From positions 12,152,001 to 12,216,000 of the forward strand of contig CM059432.1 in assembly GCA_030390025.1 (NCBI GenBank): a stretch of 64,000 bases of DNA, given 5' to 3'. The notes below the pieces were generated by a model. It did no database searches and was not told where the DNA came from. It worked only from the letters and a program-made list of their open reading frames with translations. Positions 1 to 13,491 of this stretch are shown here, one piece after another. The stretch's first letter is position 1, and each line of letters starts with the position of its first letter. The stretch is from Squalus acanthias. Its lineage: Eukaryota. Position numbers and translations under genes: made by a program.

Positions 1-2369
1 AGGGGTTTGAAATCGGTGGAAAGATTTGGAGTTTGTGGCGAGGGGCAAAGTCGATGGCTTCGGTCTTCCCGATGTTTAACTGGAGGAAATTGAGGTGCAT
101 CCAAGACTGGATGTTGGATAATAAGAGATTAGCGTGTAAAGTTAAGGCACATGGGATTGGGGGCAAGGTATTGACTTGGATAGAGAACTGGTTGGCGGAC
201 AGAAAGCAGAGAGTAGGAATTAATGGGTCTTTTTCCGAGTGGCAGGCAGTGACTAGTGGGGTACCGCAGGGATCGGTCCTTGGACCCCAGTTATTCACAA
301 TATACATTAATGATCTAGATAAGGGAACTAAATGTAATATCTCCAAGTTTGCAGATGACACAAAGCTGGGTGGGAGTGTGTGCTGCGAGGAGGATACCGA
401 GAAACTCCAGGATGATTTGGACAGGTTGGGTGAGTGGGCAGAAGCGTGGCAGATGCAATATAACATGGATAAGTGCGAGGTTATCCACTTTGGTGTCAAA
501 AACAGAAAGGCAGACTATTATCTGAATGGCAATAGATTGGGAGAAGGGGAAGTGCAACGAGACCTGGGTGTCCTTGTGCACCAGTCGCTGAAAGTAAGCA
601 TGCAGGTGCAGCAGGCGGTGAAGAAGGCAAATGGTATGTTGGCCTTCATAGCGAAAGGGTTTGAGTATAGGAACAGGGATGTCCTGCTGCAGTTGTACAG
701 GGCCTTGGTGAGACCACACCTTGAGTACTGTGTGCAGTTTTGGTCGCCTTATCTGAGGAAGGATGTTCTTGCCATGGAAGGAGTTCAGCGAAGATTCACA
801 AGGCTGATACCTGGGATGGCAGGAATGACATATGAGGAGAGATTGGGTCGATTGGGCTTATACTCGCTGGAGTATAGAAGAATGAGAGGGGATCTCATCG
901 AAACATATAAAATTCTGACAGGTCTGGACAAACTAGATGCAGGAAGAATGTTCCCGATGGTCGGAGAGTCCAGAACCAGGGGTCATAATCTAAGGATAAC
1001 GGTTAAGCCATTTAGGACAGAAATGAGGAAGAATTTCTTCACCCAGAGAGTGGTGAACCTGTGGAATTCTCTACCACAGAAGGTAGTTGAGGCCAAGTCA
1101 TAAATATATTCAAGAATGAGTTAGATATATTTCTTAAAGCTAAAGGTAACAAGGGATATGGGGAGAAGGCAGGTACAGGGTACTGAATTTGGATGATCAG
1201 CCATGATTTCATCGAATGGCGGAGCAGGCTCGAGGGGCCGAATGGCCTACTCCTGCTCCTATCTTCTATGTTTCTATAAGCAGACTGACGACACAGTGGT
1301 AGGTTCGAGAGGGGTGGTGAAGAGGTAGAGCTGGGTGTTGTCAGCGTACATGTGGAAGCTGATCCCATGACCGTAGATGATGTTACTAAGGGGCAACATG
1401 TAGATGAGGAAGAGGAAGTGCCTTAGGGGATTCCTGCGGGGCGAGAGGAGAAGCCAGTGCTGCAGATGGTCTGGCTACAACTGGATAGGTAAGAGTGGAA
1501 CCAAGTGTGGGCAGTCCCACTACGCTGGACAACAGAAGAGATGGCGCAGTCGACCACATCAAAGGCTGCAGAGAGGTTAAGGAGGGATATTGTACCATGG
1601 TCACAGTTATAGAGGATATCATTGCATGGGATAATACAGTGAGTCACCTTGAGCAACTTCATGGGAGATCAGCATATGTCTATATAATTAATGTAAAACT
1701 ACTTCACAGTGCAAATATACTCCCAGATACAATCCAAGTTTAGAAGGACAAATCTATAATTGCACTTAGATGTTTCTCAGTTTAAATGGATATAGTATGA
1801 AAATTTTACACATCGACTACTATGCTTAATCAAAGTACTAGTAACAGCACTGATTTAATAACTAGAGGATGGATTTGCTTTGTCAAAGCAAGTGACAAAG
1901 ATTAGAATATTCTGTCCCTTCTAAGGAAAGTTGGGATTGACTAGTATGGTAATTTGCAACACATGGCCTAAGGGCCAAACCTAGACCTCAAGATCTTTCA
2001 ACCTTGTCTGTGAATGCTTTGTTTCCTTTGGCTGCTGAATATTGACATTGGTACCTTTTGTCAAGGACAGCTTGCCTGAGCACTTCAAACTTCCCAGGCC
2101 TGGATTAGAAAAGGATGTTTACATCGTGTGTACAGCACAGAAACAGGCCATTCGGCCCACCTGATCTATGCTCCACACGAGCCTCCTTCCACCCTACTTC
2201 ATCTCACCCTATCAGCATAACCTTCTATTCCTTTCTCCCTCATGTGCTTATGTAGCTTCCCCTTAAATGCATCTATGCTATTTGCCTCAACTACTCCTCG
2301 TGGTAGCAAGTTCCACATTCTTACCATTCTTTGGGTAAAGAAGTTTCTCCTGAATTCCCTATTGGATTT
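1..2369. repeat. Local duplication, copy 1 (1-121 plus 1276-2369, interrupted by CR1)
   Basis: Near-identical to 2973-4183; identical ORF translations are seen at 1386/3200, 1423/3237 and near-identical at 1495/3309. Confidence 0.95.
122..1275 (+). mobile_element. 5'-truncated CR1 LINE (RT C-terminal half, 3' UTR and tail)
   Basis: ORF 33..1103 has GVPQGSVLGP, FADD and RPHLEYCVQFW motifs. The element ends in a (tttctatg)-type tail. The empty site is visible in the duplicate copy near 3090. Confidence 0.95.
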
Positions 2370-2849
2370 GTGAGGGTTCCTGCCTCTACCACCCTTTCAG
2401 GCAGTGAGTTCCAGATTCCAACCACCCTCTGGGTGAAAAAGTTTTTCCTCAAATCCCCTCTAAACCTCCTGCCCCTTACCTTGAAACTATGCCCCCTGAG
2501 TTTGGGGGATGGGTTGTAGGGCTGGAGCATTATTACATAGATAGGAAAGGCTGATCATTTTAAATTGGAGGGGCTGGGGACCGGTTGCCAATGTAAGTCA
2601 GCAAGGACAGGAGTGATAGGTGAGTAGGAATAGGAGCTGAAGTTTACAGATGGTGGAGGATGGGAGCCGGCCAGGAGAGCATTGGAATAGTCGAGTCTGG
2701 TGCTGCAAAAAGGATGAATGAGGGTTTCAGCAGCAGATGGGCTGACTCGGGTGAAGGCAAGTGATTTTTAAAAATTCGTTTATGGGATGTGGGCGTCGCT
2801 GGCAAGGCCAGCATTTATTGCCCATCCCTAATTGCCCTTGAGAAGGTCT

Positions 2850-3475
2850 TATGGAAGTGGAAGTAGGCGGTATTTGTGATGGAGAGGATGTAGATTTGGA
2901 AGTTGCAGCTCAGGATCAAATACATCTCTGAGATTGTGAACAGTCTGGTTGAGCCTGAGACGGTGGTCGAGGAGGGGTTTGAAATCGGTGGAAAGGATTT
3001 GGAGTTTGTGGCGAGGGGCAAAGTCGATGGCTTCGGTCTTCCGATGTTTAACTGGAGGAAATTGAGGTGCATCCAAGACTGGATGTTGGATAAGCAGACT
3101 GATGACACAGTGGTAGGTTCGAGAGGGGTGGTGAAGAGGTAGAGCTGGGTGTTGTCAGCGTACATGTGGAAGCTGATCCCATGACCGTAGATGATGTTAC
3201 TAAGGGGCAACATGTAGATGAGGAAGAGGAAGTGCCTTAGGGGATTCCTGCGGGGCGAGAGGAGAAGCCAGTGCTGCAGATGGCCTGGCTACAACTGGAT
3301 AGGTAAGAGTGGAACCAAGTGTGGGCAGTCCCACTACGCTGGACAACAGAAGAGATGGCGCAGTCGACCACATCAAAGGCTGCAGAGAGGTTAAGGAGGG
3401 ATATTGTACCATGGTCACAGTTATAGAGGATATCATTGCATGGGATAATACAGTGAGTCACTTTGAGCAACTTCA
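2850..3475 (-). mobile_element. Degenerate L2-type LINE RT fragment (second copy at 1-121/1276-1660)
   Basis: Minus-strand frames read FHMYADNTQLY and LLNLSAAFDVVD, similar to the long L2 at 57-60 kb. Confidence 0.85.
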
Positions 3476-4183
3476 TGGGAGATCAGCATATGTCTATATA
3501 ATTAATGTAAAACTACTTCACAGTGCAAATATACTCCCAGATACAATCCAAGTTTAGAAGGACAAATCTATAATTGCACTTAGATGTTTCTCAGTTTAAA
3601 TGGATATAGTATGAAAATTTTACACATCGACTACTATGCTTAATCAAAGTACTAGTAACAGCACTGATTTAATAACTAGAGGATGGATTTGCTTTGTCAA
3701 AGCAAGTGACAAAGATTAGAATATTCTGTCCCTTCTAAGGAAAGTTGGGATTGACTAGTATGGTAATTTGCAACACATGGCCCAAGGGCCAAACCCAGAC
3801 CTCAAGATCTTTCAACCTTGTCTGTGAATGCTTTGTTTCCTTTGGCTGCTGAATATTGACATTGGAACCTTTTGTCAAGGACAACTTGCCTGAGCACTTC
3901 AAACTTCCCAGGCCTGGATTAGAAAAGGATGTTTACATCGTGTGTACAGCACAGAAACAGGCCATTCGGCCCACCTGGTCTATGCTCTACACGAGCCTCC
4001 TTCCACCCTACTTCATCTAACCCTATCAGCATAACCTTCTATTCCTTTCTCCCTCATGTGCTTATGTAGCTTCCCCTTAAATGCATCTATGCTATTTGCC
4101 TCAACTACTCCTTGTGGTAGCAAGTTCCACGTTCTTACCATTCTTTGGGTAAAGAAGTTTCCCCTGAATTCCCTATTGGATTT
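2973..4183. repeat. Local duplication, copy 2 (uninterrupted)
   Basis: Matches 1-121 plus 1276-2369 with scattered substitutions; the copies diverge after 'attggattt'. Confidence 0.95.
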
Positions 4184-5059
4184 ATAGGTGCATCCTACTT
4201 GGTTTAAAAATACTGCTTCTTCCTTGGTCTGATTGGGCCAAACAGCTAGCAGCTTCTTGGCCAGAGAAGTTTAAACAGGCTGAAACCCACTGATGGACAC
4301 GTCACGAATAAAGCACCATGGCTGAGGGGTGAAAGAGCAGACAGGGTTAGGTAGCGGAAGAGGATGTGGGGAAGTACAGCGTACCAGCTTGGGAACAACA
4401 AAATGATGTGAGGTACAGTCTTTGTGTGAGAGAGGGGGGTTGGGGGTGGGGGGGGGGGTGGGAGGCGCAGAGGTTAGCTTTTTTGAGCTGCAGGAATGAA
4501 TTTTAGGATATGTTGGGCTTGGATTTTTGGCTTGGGGGTGGATTTCTGGTCACTTGTGGCCCACTCAATGATTGTGCCCTGTAGACCCTGCCCACTGCTC
4601 CAGAAGTCTGGATACCCCTGGACTGCTGCCAGTCGATTGTGAGACCTGTGTCTGCAGATTCTATTCTCTTTCTTCCTTTCTATCTCCCTGCTCTGACCTG
4701 TTATCTTTGGGCCAGCTGACCATGACATTGATGGGATGGACTGTTAGTGCAACATCTCGTCTTAAAATGCTGCACTACAGAGCGTGGAATGAGGATACAA
4801 TTCTCCATGCATTACTGAGTTCCAGCTATTCCACCAAGTATAGAAGCAGAGGTAAGGTATGATTTCCCCCAGCATCTATTGCCCATCCCTAATTGTCCTT
4901 GAGAAGGTGGGATGGGCAATAAATGCTGGCCTTGCCTGCGACGGCCACATCCCAGGAATGAATCCAAAAAAAATGCTCTAACATTCTGCCAGTGCAATGG
5001 CCATTTTACCCACCCAACCCCAGCAACAAATATGTACAGAGGAACTGAACTACACCACA

Positions 5060-5630
5060 GTGAGCCGCCATCTTGAACCGCTGCAGTCCGTGTGGTGAAG
5101 GTACTCCCACAGTGCTGTTAGGGAGGGAGTTCCAGGATTTTCACCCTGCAGCAATGAAGGATTGGCGATATATTTCCACGTCAGGATGGTGTGTGACTTG
5201 CAGGGGAACTTGGAGGTGGTGGTGTTCCCATGCGCCTGCTGCCCTTGTCCTTCTAGGTGGAAGAGGTCGCGGGTTTGGGAGGTGCTGTCAAAGAAGCCAT
5301 GGCGAGTTGCTGCAGTGCATCTTGTAGATGGTACACACTGCAGCCATGGTGCGTCGTTGGTGGAGGGAGTGAATGTTTAAGATGATGGATGGGATGTCAA
5401 TCAAGCGGGCTGCTTTGTCCTGGATGGTGTCGAGCTTCTTGAGTGTTGTTGAGCTGCACTCATCCAGGCAAGTGGAGAGTATTCCATCACACTCCTGACT
5501 TGTGCCTTGGAGTCAGGAGGTGAGGCACTCGCTGCAGAATACCCAGCCTCTGACCTGCTCTTGTAGCCATAGTATTTATGTAGCTGGTCCAGTTAAGTTT
5601 CTGGTCAGTGGTGACCCCCAGGATGTTGAT
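5060..5630 (-). mobile_element. Non-LTR retrotransposon 3' fragment (family also at ~9770-10195 and ~48845-49335)
   Basis: Dispersed near-identical copies; the 48.8-kb copy translates to LKKLDTIQDKAARLIG...HSLHHRR, an RT C-terminal signature. Confidence 0.8.
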
Positions 5631-6034
5631 TGTGTGGGAGGGAGTGAATTAACATTAAGTAATGGCGGTGGAGGAAGACGAAGCACCGATTTTATTGACC
5701 CATGATGCTGAGTTCCAAACCTTAGAAGGGTGGGAATGTTGAGAGAGAGGCATCCCAGTGTCACTGCCACACATGTTCAATGGGCTGGCTCAAGGTGTAA
5801 TTGAGAGAGGCCGAGGAGTAGGCTTGCCTGCCTTCTCAGTCATAGGCAGCATGTAGCTCAGGGAGATCAGGATTAGTGGGAAGGAAAAATAGAGAGTTTC
5901 ATACCGCCAAAACTGCAGATTCCTTTCCCCGATGGAAGAGCGAATGTTCCAAAGGTGTCAACAGAAGTAAGCTTTAGAAGTGCGCCTATTCCGTTTGTGA
6001 ATGGCTTTAACCCCACTTCCATGTGTTTCTGTAG

Positions 6035-6174
6035 CTTTGTGCTGAAAATGAGCACGTGCAGAGAAAGTTGAAGAAACTTCGGCAGAAGAATGAACGGTTG
6101 GAGAGTGAGCTATCAGAAATCCAGGAAAAACTGCGACTGCAACAGCTGATGAGGGACTTTGTAACGACCAGAGA
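6035..6174 (+). CDS. Coiled-coil protein with CEP290-like C-terminus, exon A (first confidently placed exon; the gene starts upstream)
   Basis: Acceptor ttctgtag, donor gtaag; LCAENEHVQRKLKKLRQKNERLESELSEIQEKLRLQQLMRDFVTTR; phase 0 to 2. Confidence 0.8.
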
Positions 6175-6834
6175 GTAAGAGCCCTAAAGGCATCCAAAAA
6201 AAATTGTTTTTTCTCTACCTGTGCAAACATACTGTAGGAATTCTTAAGTATTGTAGTTAAATTGTTGGTGCTACATTACCATATATACCCGAGTATAAGA
6301 CAACTCGCATATAATACGCCCCCCCCCCCCGCAAAATCCACCCAGGAAAAAGAAAAAAAATCGGTGACTGTTGTATAAGACGAGGGCCATGTTAGAAAAC
6401 CTCGATCCACCCAAATTCTTGCGTTCAATGTTGGCTGGATCCACAAGTATGTTTTCGTTCTGTTCTTTCTCATTGCAACCAGCGCCTTGGTATTCTCGAT
6501 TGGTTTAAATGACTTTTAGTTGACGTCATAATAAACCTCTCAACTGAAGGTTTAAATAATTCAATAATCCTACATTACAACAGTGACTACACTCCAAAAA
6601 GTACTTCATTGGCTGTAAAGCACTTTGAGACGTCCAGTGGTCGTGAAAGGCGCTATATAAATGCAAGTCTTTCTGTCTTTCTTTCTCTAATTCTCGTGCC
6701 TGGAACTAGTGATGTTACTGCATCTGCTTTTTAAAATGTTTTAAATCCTTCTGTAAAGTTTAGGTTTAACTGTAAATATGTAAGTGCCTTGGAGTGACAA
6801 GGGACAAATTATGTACCTTGAGTCCTCACACATT

Positions 6835-7664
6835 GGGCTGGATTTTGTCAATGGGGACATGATGGAGGCGGGACTCCCACTTTTTGGGTTGTAGTCCCGC
6901 CTCCATCGACTTGTGGCCAACCCACTGTATTTTCCCTTGATTGACCTTGTTAAGCCCGCCCAGTGGGCTTAGCAGGCCAATCAAGGGTCCCTTGGATACA
7001 GGTGACGTCAGCCATTGAAATTTCATCTGTCAAGAGCTTTTGACATGAAATTTCAGCGTTTGACAGCTCTGTGAAGCTGTCAAACATTGACAATATGATT
7101 TCTAACGTGAGTCCCTGTACTTAGACTCAGTTAGAAATCAATCCAGCACAGAAAGCAGAGACTGCAGCTTTTGACAGCTCCGCGGCCATTCTGCTTTCTG
7201 TGCCGTGGATGTGAGGGACTCCTGACACCGTAAGAAAGCTAGCCTGCAGGACAAAGTTAAGGTAAGTAAAAGTTCTTAAAACACTTTACACACACCAAAC
7301 ACACTTACCTCTGCACTCATGCACCCATCACTCACCTGCACACCGGACATCTCGACCCCTCCAAGCCCTCCAGACCGATGGTCCGCCTCGCTAAATCGGC
7401 GTGGTTCGGATCTGTCGGGAAGCCCACACTTCAGGGCTAAAAATAGGGATTAGGCAAAAAACTACCTGTTAACTACCTGTTAACAGGCAGTTTATTGGCA
7501 CTAATCCCCTTCCCGCCTCAGGGAGGCGGGTCCCAGCACAGGTCGGGTACCCGCCTCCTGTGAAACGGGCATGGGGGCGGGATGGATTCGGGCCCCCGAA
7601 TCTGCTATTTTCACACCACTCCCACCTCCAAACCCGCCTCCACGGGCCGGTGAAAATTGAGCCC
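6835..7664. mobile_element. Non-autonomous DNA transposon (PIF/Harbinger-like MITE)
   Basis: TIRs GGGCTGGATTTT...AAAATTGAGCCC with a 3-bp flanking duplication ATT. Confidence 0.7.
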
Positions 7665-7703
7665 ATTGAGTCCCTGTTCTCTACTATGCCAAACAGAGAC
7701 CAG

Positions 7704-8459
7704 GGGCTGGATTTTGTCTTGGGGTCGGGTTGGGGTCGTGTGATCCGCATTTTGTGTTGCCCCCCCGACTCCAGATTAATGTGGATGAATGATGCAATTT
7801 TAACTTAATTGGGCAATTGAGTTCCAGCATGTGGGAACCCATGAACCAATTAGTGGTTTCAGTCTGAAAGTCGCCTCTGATGATGTCATCATTGCAGAGA
7901 CTGCTTGGTCTCAGAGATTGTCTGGCTTTTGCTGTGAGTGGACCTGGATGCAATATGAGCAGGAGAGAGAGAGAGAGAGAGAGATCCAGATCCAGATCCA
8001 GATCCATATCCAGATCCATATCCAGGTCCTCTCACAGCAAGGCCAGGCAGTCTCTGAAGACATGCAATGCAGCAGCATCAAAGGCGACTTTCAGACCCAA
8101 TACTACTACTACCTTCATCACATCTCCGTTGTAGTAGTGGACCTGCAGCTGATAGTCAGCTATCCACTTGTGCTCCCGCCAGGTTTCACTGGAGTGTTTC
8201 ACATCAGGCGTGCTTCACGTCGGAAAAGGGTTAAACTAGCTCAAACGTTTCAAAATGGCATTACTGAGCCAATTTACGGCTTGTTAAGGGCTTTGATGGC
8301 CTCTCCCGCCTCTTGGAGGCGGGACTGGAGTCGGGAACCCTGCGACTGATTATGTCAAAATTGCGTGGAGGCGGGATGGGGTCGGGACCCCCGACCCCGC
8401 AACTTTAACCCCCCACACGCCTCCAAACCCGACTCCACAGGTCATTGAAAATGCAGCCC
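7704..8459. mobile_element. Harbinger-like MITE; same family as 13819-14474 in opposite orientation
   Basis: TIRs GGGCTGGATTTT...AAAATGCAGCCC with 3-bp TSD CAG; internal (GA)n and (TCCAGA)n tracts; internal sequence shared with the 13.8-kb copy. Confidence 0.75.
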
Positions 8460-8648
8460 CAGGAATTTACGCCTACAAGAGGAAATTGGAGGGTCTATCA
8501 CCCCAGGCTGCTTACCATCTCCTTACAGTGTTAATAGAAGAAGCCTGGGCATAGGCTTGTCCTAATAGTTGTTGGGGAATAATTGGGGTGATGTAGAAGA
8601 CATCAAAAGATGAATACTAAATTTCACAGTTTTAAATGTTTTATCAAG

Positions 8649-8732
8649 TGCTCAAATACAGACAGAACCTCAACCATGGCACAGAGCGGGTCTCAAAGAG
8701 GGCAATGCTTCAAAGGCAGATGAAAAGAGCAA
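8649..8732 (+). CDS. CEP290-C-terminus-like gene, exon B
   Basis: Acceptor ttttatcaag, donor gtaagt; (D)AQIQTEPQPWHRAGLKEGNASKADEKS(N); phase 2 to 2, joins both neighbours in frame. Confidence 0.75.
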
Positions 8733-10931
8733 GTAAGTATTTAATTATTGTTTTCAAAAATAATAATGTATTGAGCACAAAGAGGTAGCAAAACCTTGTC
8801 TTAAATTAGAGCAAATGGAATGAAAGAAGTGACCCAAAGGAAGCCAGGAATAGTTTTCTCTTTAAAGGAGTTGGAGTTGATGCAAGGTCTTAACCATAAA
8901 ATTAGGGCAAAATTGCTCCAATTTCAAGTTGTGACCCAGCATTTCTTTTACTCCCGACTACCACCCCCATCCTCAGACTTGTGGGGTCTGATGTAAACAT
9001 TAAAAAAAAATTTAAAAACCCTTTTTTAAAAATGCTTCTGTGCAGTGTTGTGAAACATGATTTTTATTGCAGTGTACCAGTGCACTTTCTGTTTCTTTCT
9101 CTGTGAAGCATTGTAAAATAAATATGCGATGATAGTTAGATAAGCTATTGATTAGGTCTCAAAATTGCATCATGGAATGCAGCAGGAAAACATTTCTGCC
9201 ACAAAGTAAATTGACTAGAATTGTGTATGTAGTCCAATGGATATAACCGCTATTAATCTCACTTTCAATCAGAGCAAGGCCAGTTAGGAGTGAAATCAGG
9301 AAGCACTTTTTCATACAAAGGGGAGTAGAAATCTGGAACTCCCTCCTCCAAAAGGCCGTGGATGCTGGGTCAATTGAAATTTTCAAGACTGAGATTGATA
9401 GATTTTTGTTGGGTGAGGGTGTCAAGGGAAATGGAACAAAGGTGCGTGAATGGAGTTGAGCTACAGGTCATCTATGATCTAATAGAATGATGGAACAGGC
9501 CGAATGGCCTACTCTTGTTTCTGTGCTCCTATGTTTTCTCTTTTGAAGTTGGCTGTTCTCAGAATTTTTAAAAACATTTTTGCATGCCAGAGGAAAGAAA
9601 TTATGTTGCGTGGTTGCTCAGCTTGAGACATATTTAATTACCTTGAAGCACAGTGACTTATGTAGGGAAATACAGCAGCCATTCTGCACCACCAACATCT
9701 CACAAACAGCAGTGAGATGAATGGCCAATGACCTGCTTTTTATTTGATGCTGCCATATATAGTTATGTTTTTATGGGATGTGGGCGTCACTGGCAAGGCC
9801 AGCATTTATTGCCCATCCCTAATTGCCCTTGAGAAGGTGGTGGTGAGCCGCCGCCTTGAATCGCTGCAGTCCGTGTGGTGAAGGTACACCCACAGTGACG
9901 TTAGGGAGGGAGTTCCAGGATTTTGACCCAGCGACGATGAAGGAACGGCGATATACTTCTAAGTCAGGATGATGTGTGACTTGGAGGTGGTTGTGTTCCC
10001 ATGCGTCTGCTGCCTTGTCCTTCTAGGTGGAAGAGGTCGCGGGTTTGGGAGGTGCTGCCGAAGAAGCCTTTGGCGAGTTGCTGCAGTGCATCTTGTAGGT
10101 GGTACACACTGCAGCCACAGTGCGCCGGTGGTGGAGGGAGTGGATGTTTAAGGTGGTGGATGGGGTGCCAATCAAGCGAGCTGCTTTGTCCTGGATTTGG
10201 TGGAGTTGGTTGAGGGACAGATATTGGTCAGGACAGCAGGTGAGCTATCTGCTCTTGTTTGATTTGTGCCGTGCGACCTTGAGGATGCACCCAAACTACT
10301 GAAACAGACATGTGCGTAGCCTAGTGGTTATGGTACTGGACTATCAGCCCATAGATCGTGAGTTCAGAATCCCACTATAGCCAGTTGCGGAATTAAATTC
10401 AAAAAATCTGTCAGTTTGTTGGTTAGCACCAGAAAAACCCAATTTGTTCACCAATATCCTGTCACACCTACCTACTTAGTGGACTCTTTATGCCCTGAGG
10501 GTAGCAAAGTGTATTATTTCAGATGGTGATCCTGTTATAGAATCATAGAAATTTACGGCACAGAAGGAGGCCATTCGGCCCATCGTGTCTGTGTCGGCTG
10601 AAAGAGCGATCCAGCCTAATCCCACTTTCCAGCTCTTGGTCTGTAGCCTTGTAGGTTACGGCACTTCAAGTCCATGTCCAAGTATTTTTAAAATATGATG
10701 AGCGTTTTGGTCTCTACCACCCTGTCTAGCAGTGAGTTCCAGACCCCCACCACCTTCAACTCCCCTCTAACCCTTCTACCAATTACTGTAAATCCATGTC
10801 CCTCTCTGCTGAGCGAAACAGGTCCTTCCTATCCACTCTATCTAGGCCCCTCATAATTTTATACACCTCAATTATGTCTCCCCTCAGCCTCCTCTGTTCT
10901 GGAACTAAACATAGTGTCTCTGTTTTCCTAG

Positions 10932-11025
10932 TCGGCTGCTACAGATGTACAATGCCCTGCAGAAACGTTACGAAAAAGAAATTAAAACCAACAAGGAGCA
11001 GAGCGAAATCATCTCGAAACTCACT
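10932..11025 (+). CDS. CEP290-C-terminus-like gene, exon C
   Basis: Acceptor ttttcctag, donor gtacg; RLLQMYNALQKRYEKEIKTNKEQSEIISKLT; phase 2 to 0. Confidence 0.8.
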
Positions 11026-11688
11026 GTACGTTCTGCATTTTTGTGTCACAACTGCATCGCAACTCATTCTTTATATAGTGAATGTGTATACATGACATAT
11101 TGTTGGCTTGGGATGAGCATAAAATCTATAACAGAATAACCCAGGTTCAGAGTCAATACTGAATTTGATCTAAAACAGGACTACAAGCTTATTTATGATG
11201 GCCTTTTCTTTTTACTTATGGATAAAAAATTGGTCCATTCAAGGAAACTTTTGGCTGTTAGCCTGAACTTACAGATGAAATTCTTTACATTGATAATGGG
11301 AGTTATATAAAAAGAATGTGTATAAATCATAGTTTCCAACCATTCATTTTTTTCCTTATGTGAAACACCTTGGAATGTTTCTTCTACATTAACGATGCCA
11401 TATTGTTTTTCAATTTTTACGGATTTCAGCATTTCCAGGGAACTGAAATGCCAGCTGTTTTCGGGACTGGTGAACTCACCCCATAATTATAGGGAGCATA
11501 GAAACAGGAGTAGGCCATCCAGCACCTCGAGCATTATATCATGAGCAGTCAGATTAGCACTTTTTAACAATTTTATAGTCTGCACTTTGCTTGGAACCAC
11601 AGTATTTTCAGAGACTACTTTGCCATTAAGTGTTGATAGTGTATTTTGATTCAAACTTCTTTGTTAACTTTGCTAATAATTCAAATTA

Positions 11689-12155
11689 GTGTCGGCCACG
11701 GCTCAGTGGGTAGCACTCTCACCTCTGAGTCAGAAGGTCGTGGGTTGAAGTCCCACTCCAGAGACTTGAGCACAAAAATCTAGGCTGACACTCCAGTGCA
11801 GTGCTGAGGGAGTGCTGCACACTGTCGGAGGTGCCGTCTTTCGGATGAGACGTTAAACCGAGGCCCCGTCTGCTCTCTCAGGTGGACGTAAAAGATCCCA
11901 CAGCACTATTTCGAAGAAGATCTGGGGAGTTATCCCCGGTATCCTGGCCAATATTTATCCCTCAATCTACATCACTAAAACAGATTATCTGGTCATTATC
12001 ACATTGCTGTTTGTGGGAGCTTGCTGTGCGCCAATTGGCTGCCACGTTTCCTACATTACAACAGTGACTACACTTCAAAAGTACTTCATTGGCTGTAAAG
12101 CGCTTTGGGACGTCTGGTGGTCGTGGAAGGCGCTATAGAAATGCAAGTCTTTCTT
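11689..12155 (+). mobile_element. tRNA-derived DeuSINE (SacSINE1/AmnSINE1-like), full length
   Basis: tRNA-like head with A/B-box remnants, central GGAGGTGCCGTCTTTCGGATGAGACGTTAAACCGAGG block, and an L2-type tail ending in (tctt)n. Confidence 0.85.
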
Positions 12156-12654
12156 TATTCAAATTCTATTGAAATTATCTTTGCGTTCCTCTTTATCAGA
12201 CTACATTTAGTGAAATTATGCTGAAGCCTTGAATCTGGGCTAGCATTACCTAAATTTTGCTGTGTTAATGCTTCTCCGTGAGTTTCTGCACTTCTAATTT
12301 TTCTTTTTCCTCTGCTGCCAACTGGGCTAATTGTTGCTCGCTTTAGGTTTTTCTGAGCCCTCTTAGACATGTTTGAACACTGCTGTTTACTACTATCTGT
12401 TTTACTTAAAATTGAGACTGTTTGAATAACCTTTGGATTGTAAGTGATATTCTAACCCAACCTTTGCTCCCGCCACTGTTATCTGTTCGGGTTTCAGTAC
12501 TTTGTTCAGGTTCAACATCACAGACCATTCCTGTAAGTGAGCTCTCACGCAACAACAACTTGCATTTATATAGCGCCTTTAATGTTGTAAAACTTCCCAA
12601 GGCGCTTCACAGGAGCATTATCAAAACAAAATGTTATACCGAGCCACATAAAGA

Positions 12655-13077
12655 AAGAAAGACTTGCATTTATATAGAGCCTTGCACAACCTCAGGACGT
12701 CCCAAAGCACTTTGCAACCAATGAAGTACTTTTGAAGTGTAGTCACTGTTGTAATGTAGGAAATGCAGCAGCCAATTGCACACAGCAAGCTCCCACAAAC
12801 AGCAACCTGATAATGACCAGATAAACTGTTTTTTTTTGTTATGTTGATTGAGGGATAAACATTGGCCAGGACACTGGGGATAACTCCCCTGCTTTTCTTC
12901 GAAATAGTGCCATGGGATCTTTTACGTCTATCTGAGAGCGCAGACGGGGCCTCGGTTTAACGTCTCATCCGAAAGACGACACCTCTGACAGTGCAGCACT
13001 CCCTCAGCACTGCACTGGAGTGTCAGCCGAGATTTTTGTGCTCAAGTCTCATGGAGTGGGACTTGAACCCACAACCA
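12655..13077 (-). mobile_element. DeuSINE copy, inverted relative to 11689-12155
   Basis: Reverse complement of the same SINE. Confidence 0.85.
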
Positions 13078-13491
13078 AGGAGATACTAGGACAAGTTGGT
13101 CAAAGAGGTAGGTTTTAAGGTGCGTCTTAAAGGAGGAGAGGTAGAGAGGCAGAAAGGTTTAGGGAGGGACTTCCAGAGCTGAGGGCCGAGGCAGCTGAAG
13201 GCACGGCCACCAATGGTGGAGCGATTAAAATCGGGGATGTACAAGAGGCCAGAATTGGAGGCACGCAGCGATCTCGGAGCCCAGAGTATGCTTTAATTTA
13301 TTTTACATCTAGGTAAATGTAGTGAGCCCAGGGGTCAAACAGAGGACACTTGTCATTGTACATTGACCACTGCGTGGTTTCCTCTTCAGAAAGGAAGAAG
13401 AATAAGCACTCTTATCAGATCGTGGTCTAGAAGATAAACTACTAGGCAGGTTATTGAACATTAGCCAAATAAATGAGTTGCATCAAATATA

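Noticed and set aside
33..121. N-terminus of the 356-aa ORF as a real protein start
   Set aside because: It is antisense L2 sequence that happens to be in frame with the truncated CR1.
4781..4851. Possible upstream exon ending at GAG|gtaag
   Set aside because: The frame needed to join exon A has a TGA at 4816-4818, so only a micro-exon would fit. Support is insufficient.
7684..8349. ORFs with DLDL/RSRS/QIQI repeats
   Set aside because: They arise from (GA)n and (TCCAGA)n tracts inside a MITE.
10310..10375. tRNA-like sequence (TAGCCTAGTGG...GAGTTCAGAATCC)
   Set aside because: It is too degenerate for a cloverleaf and is most likely an old SINE head.
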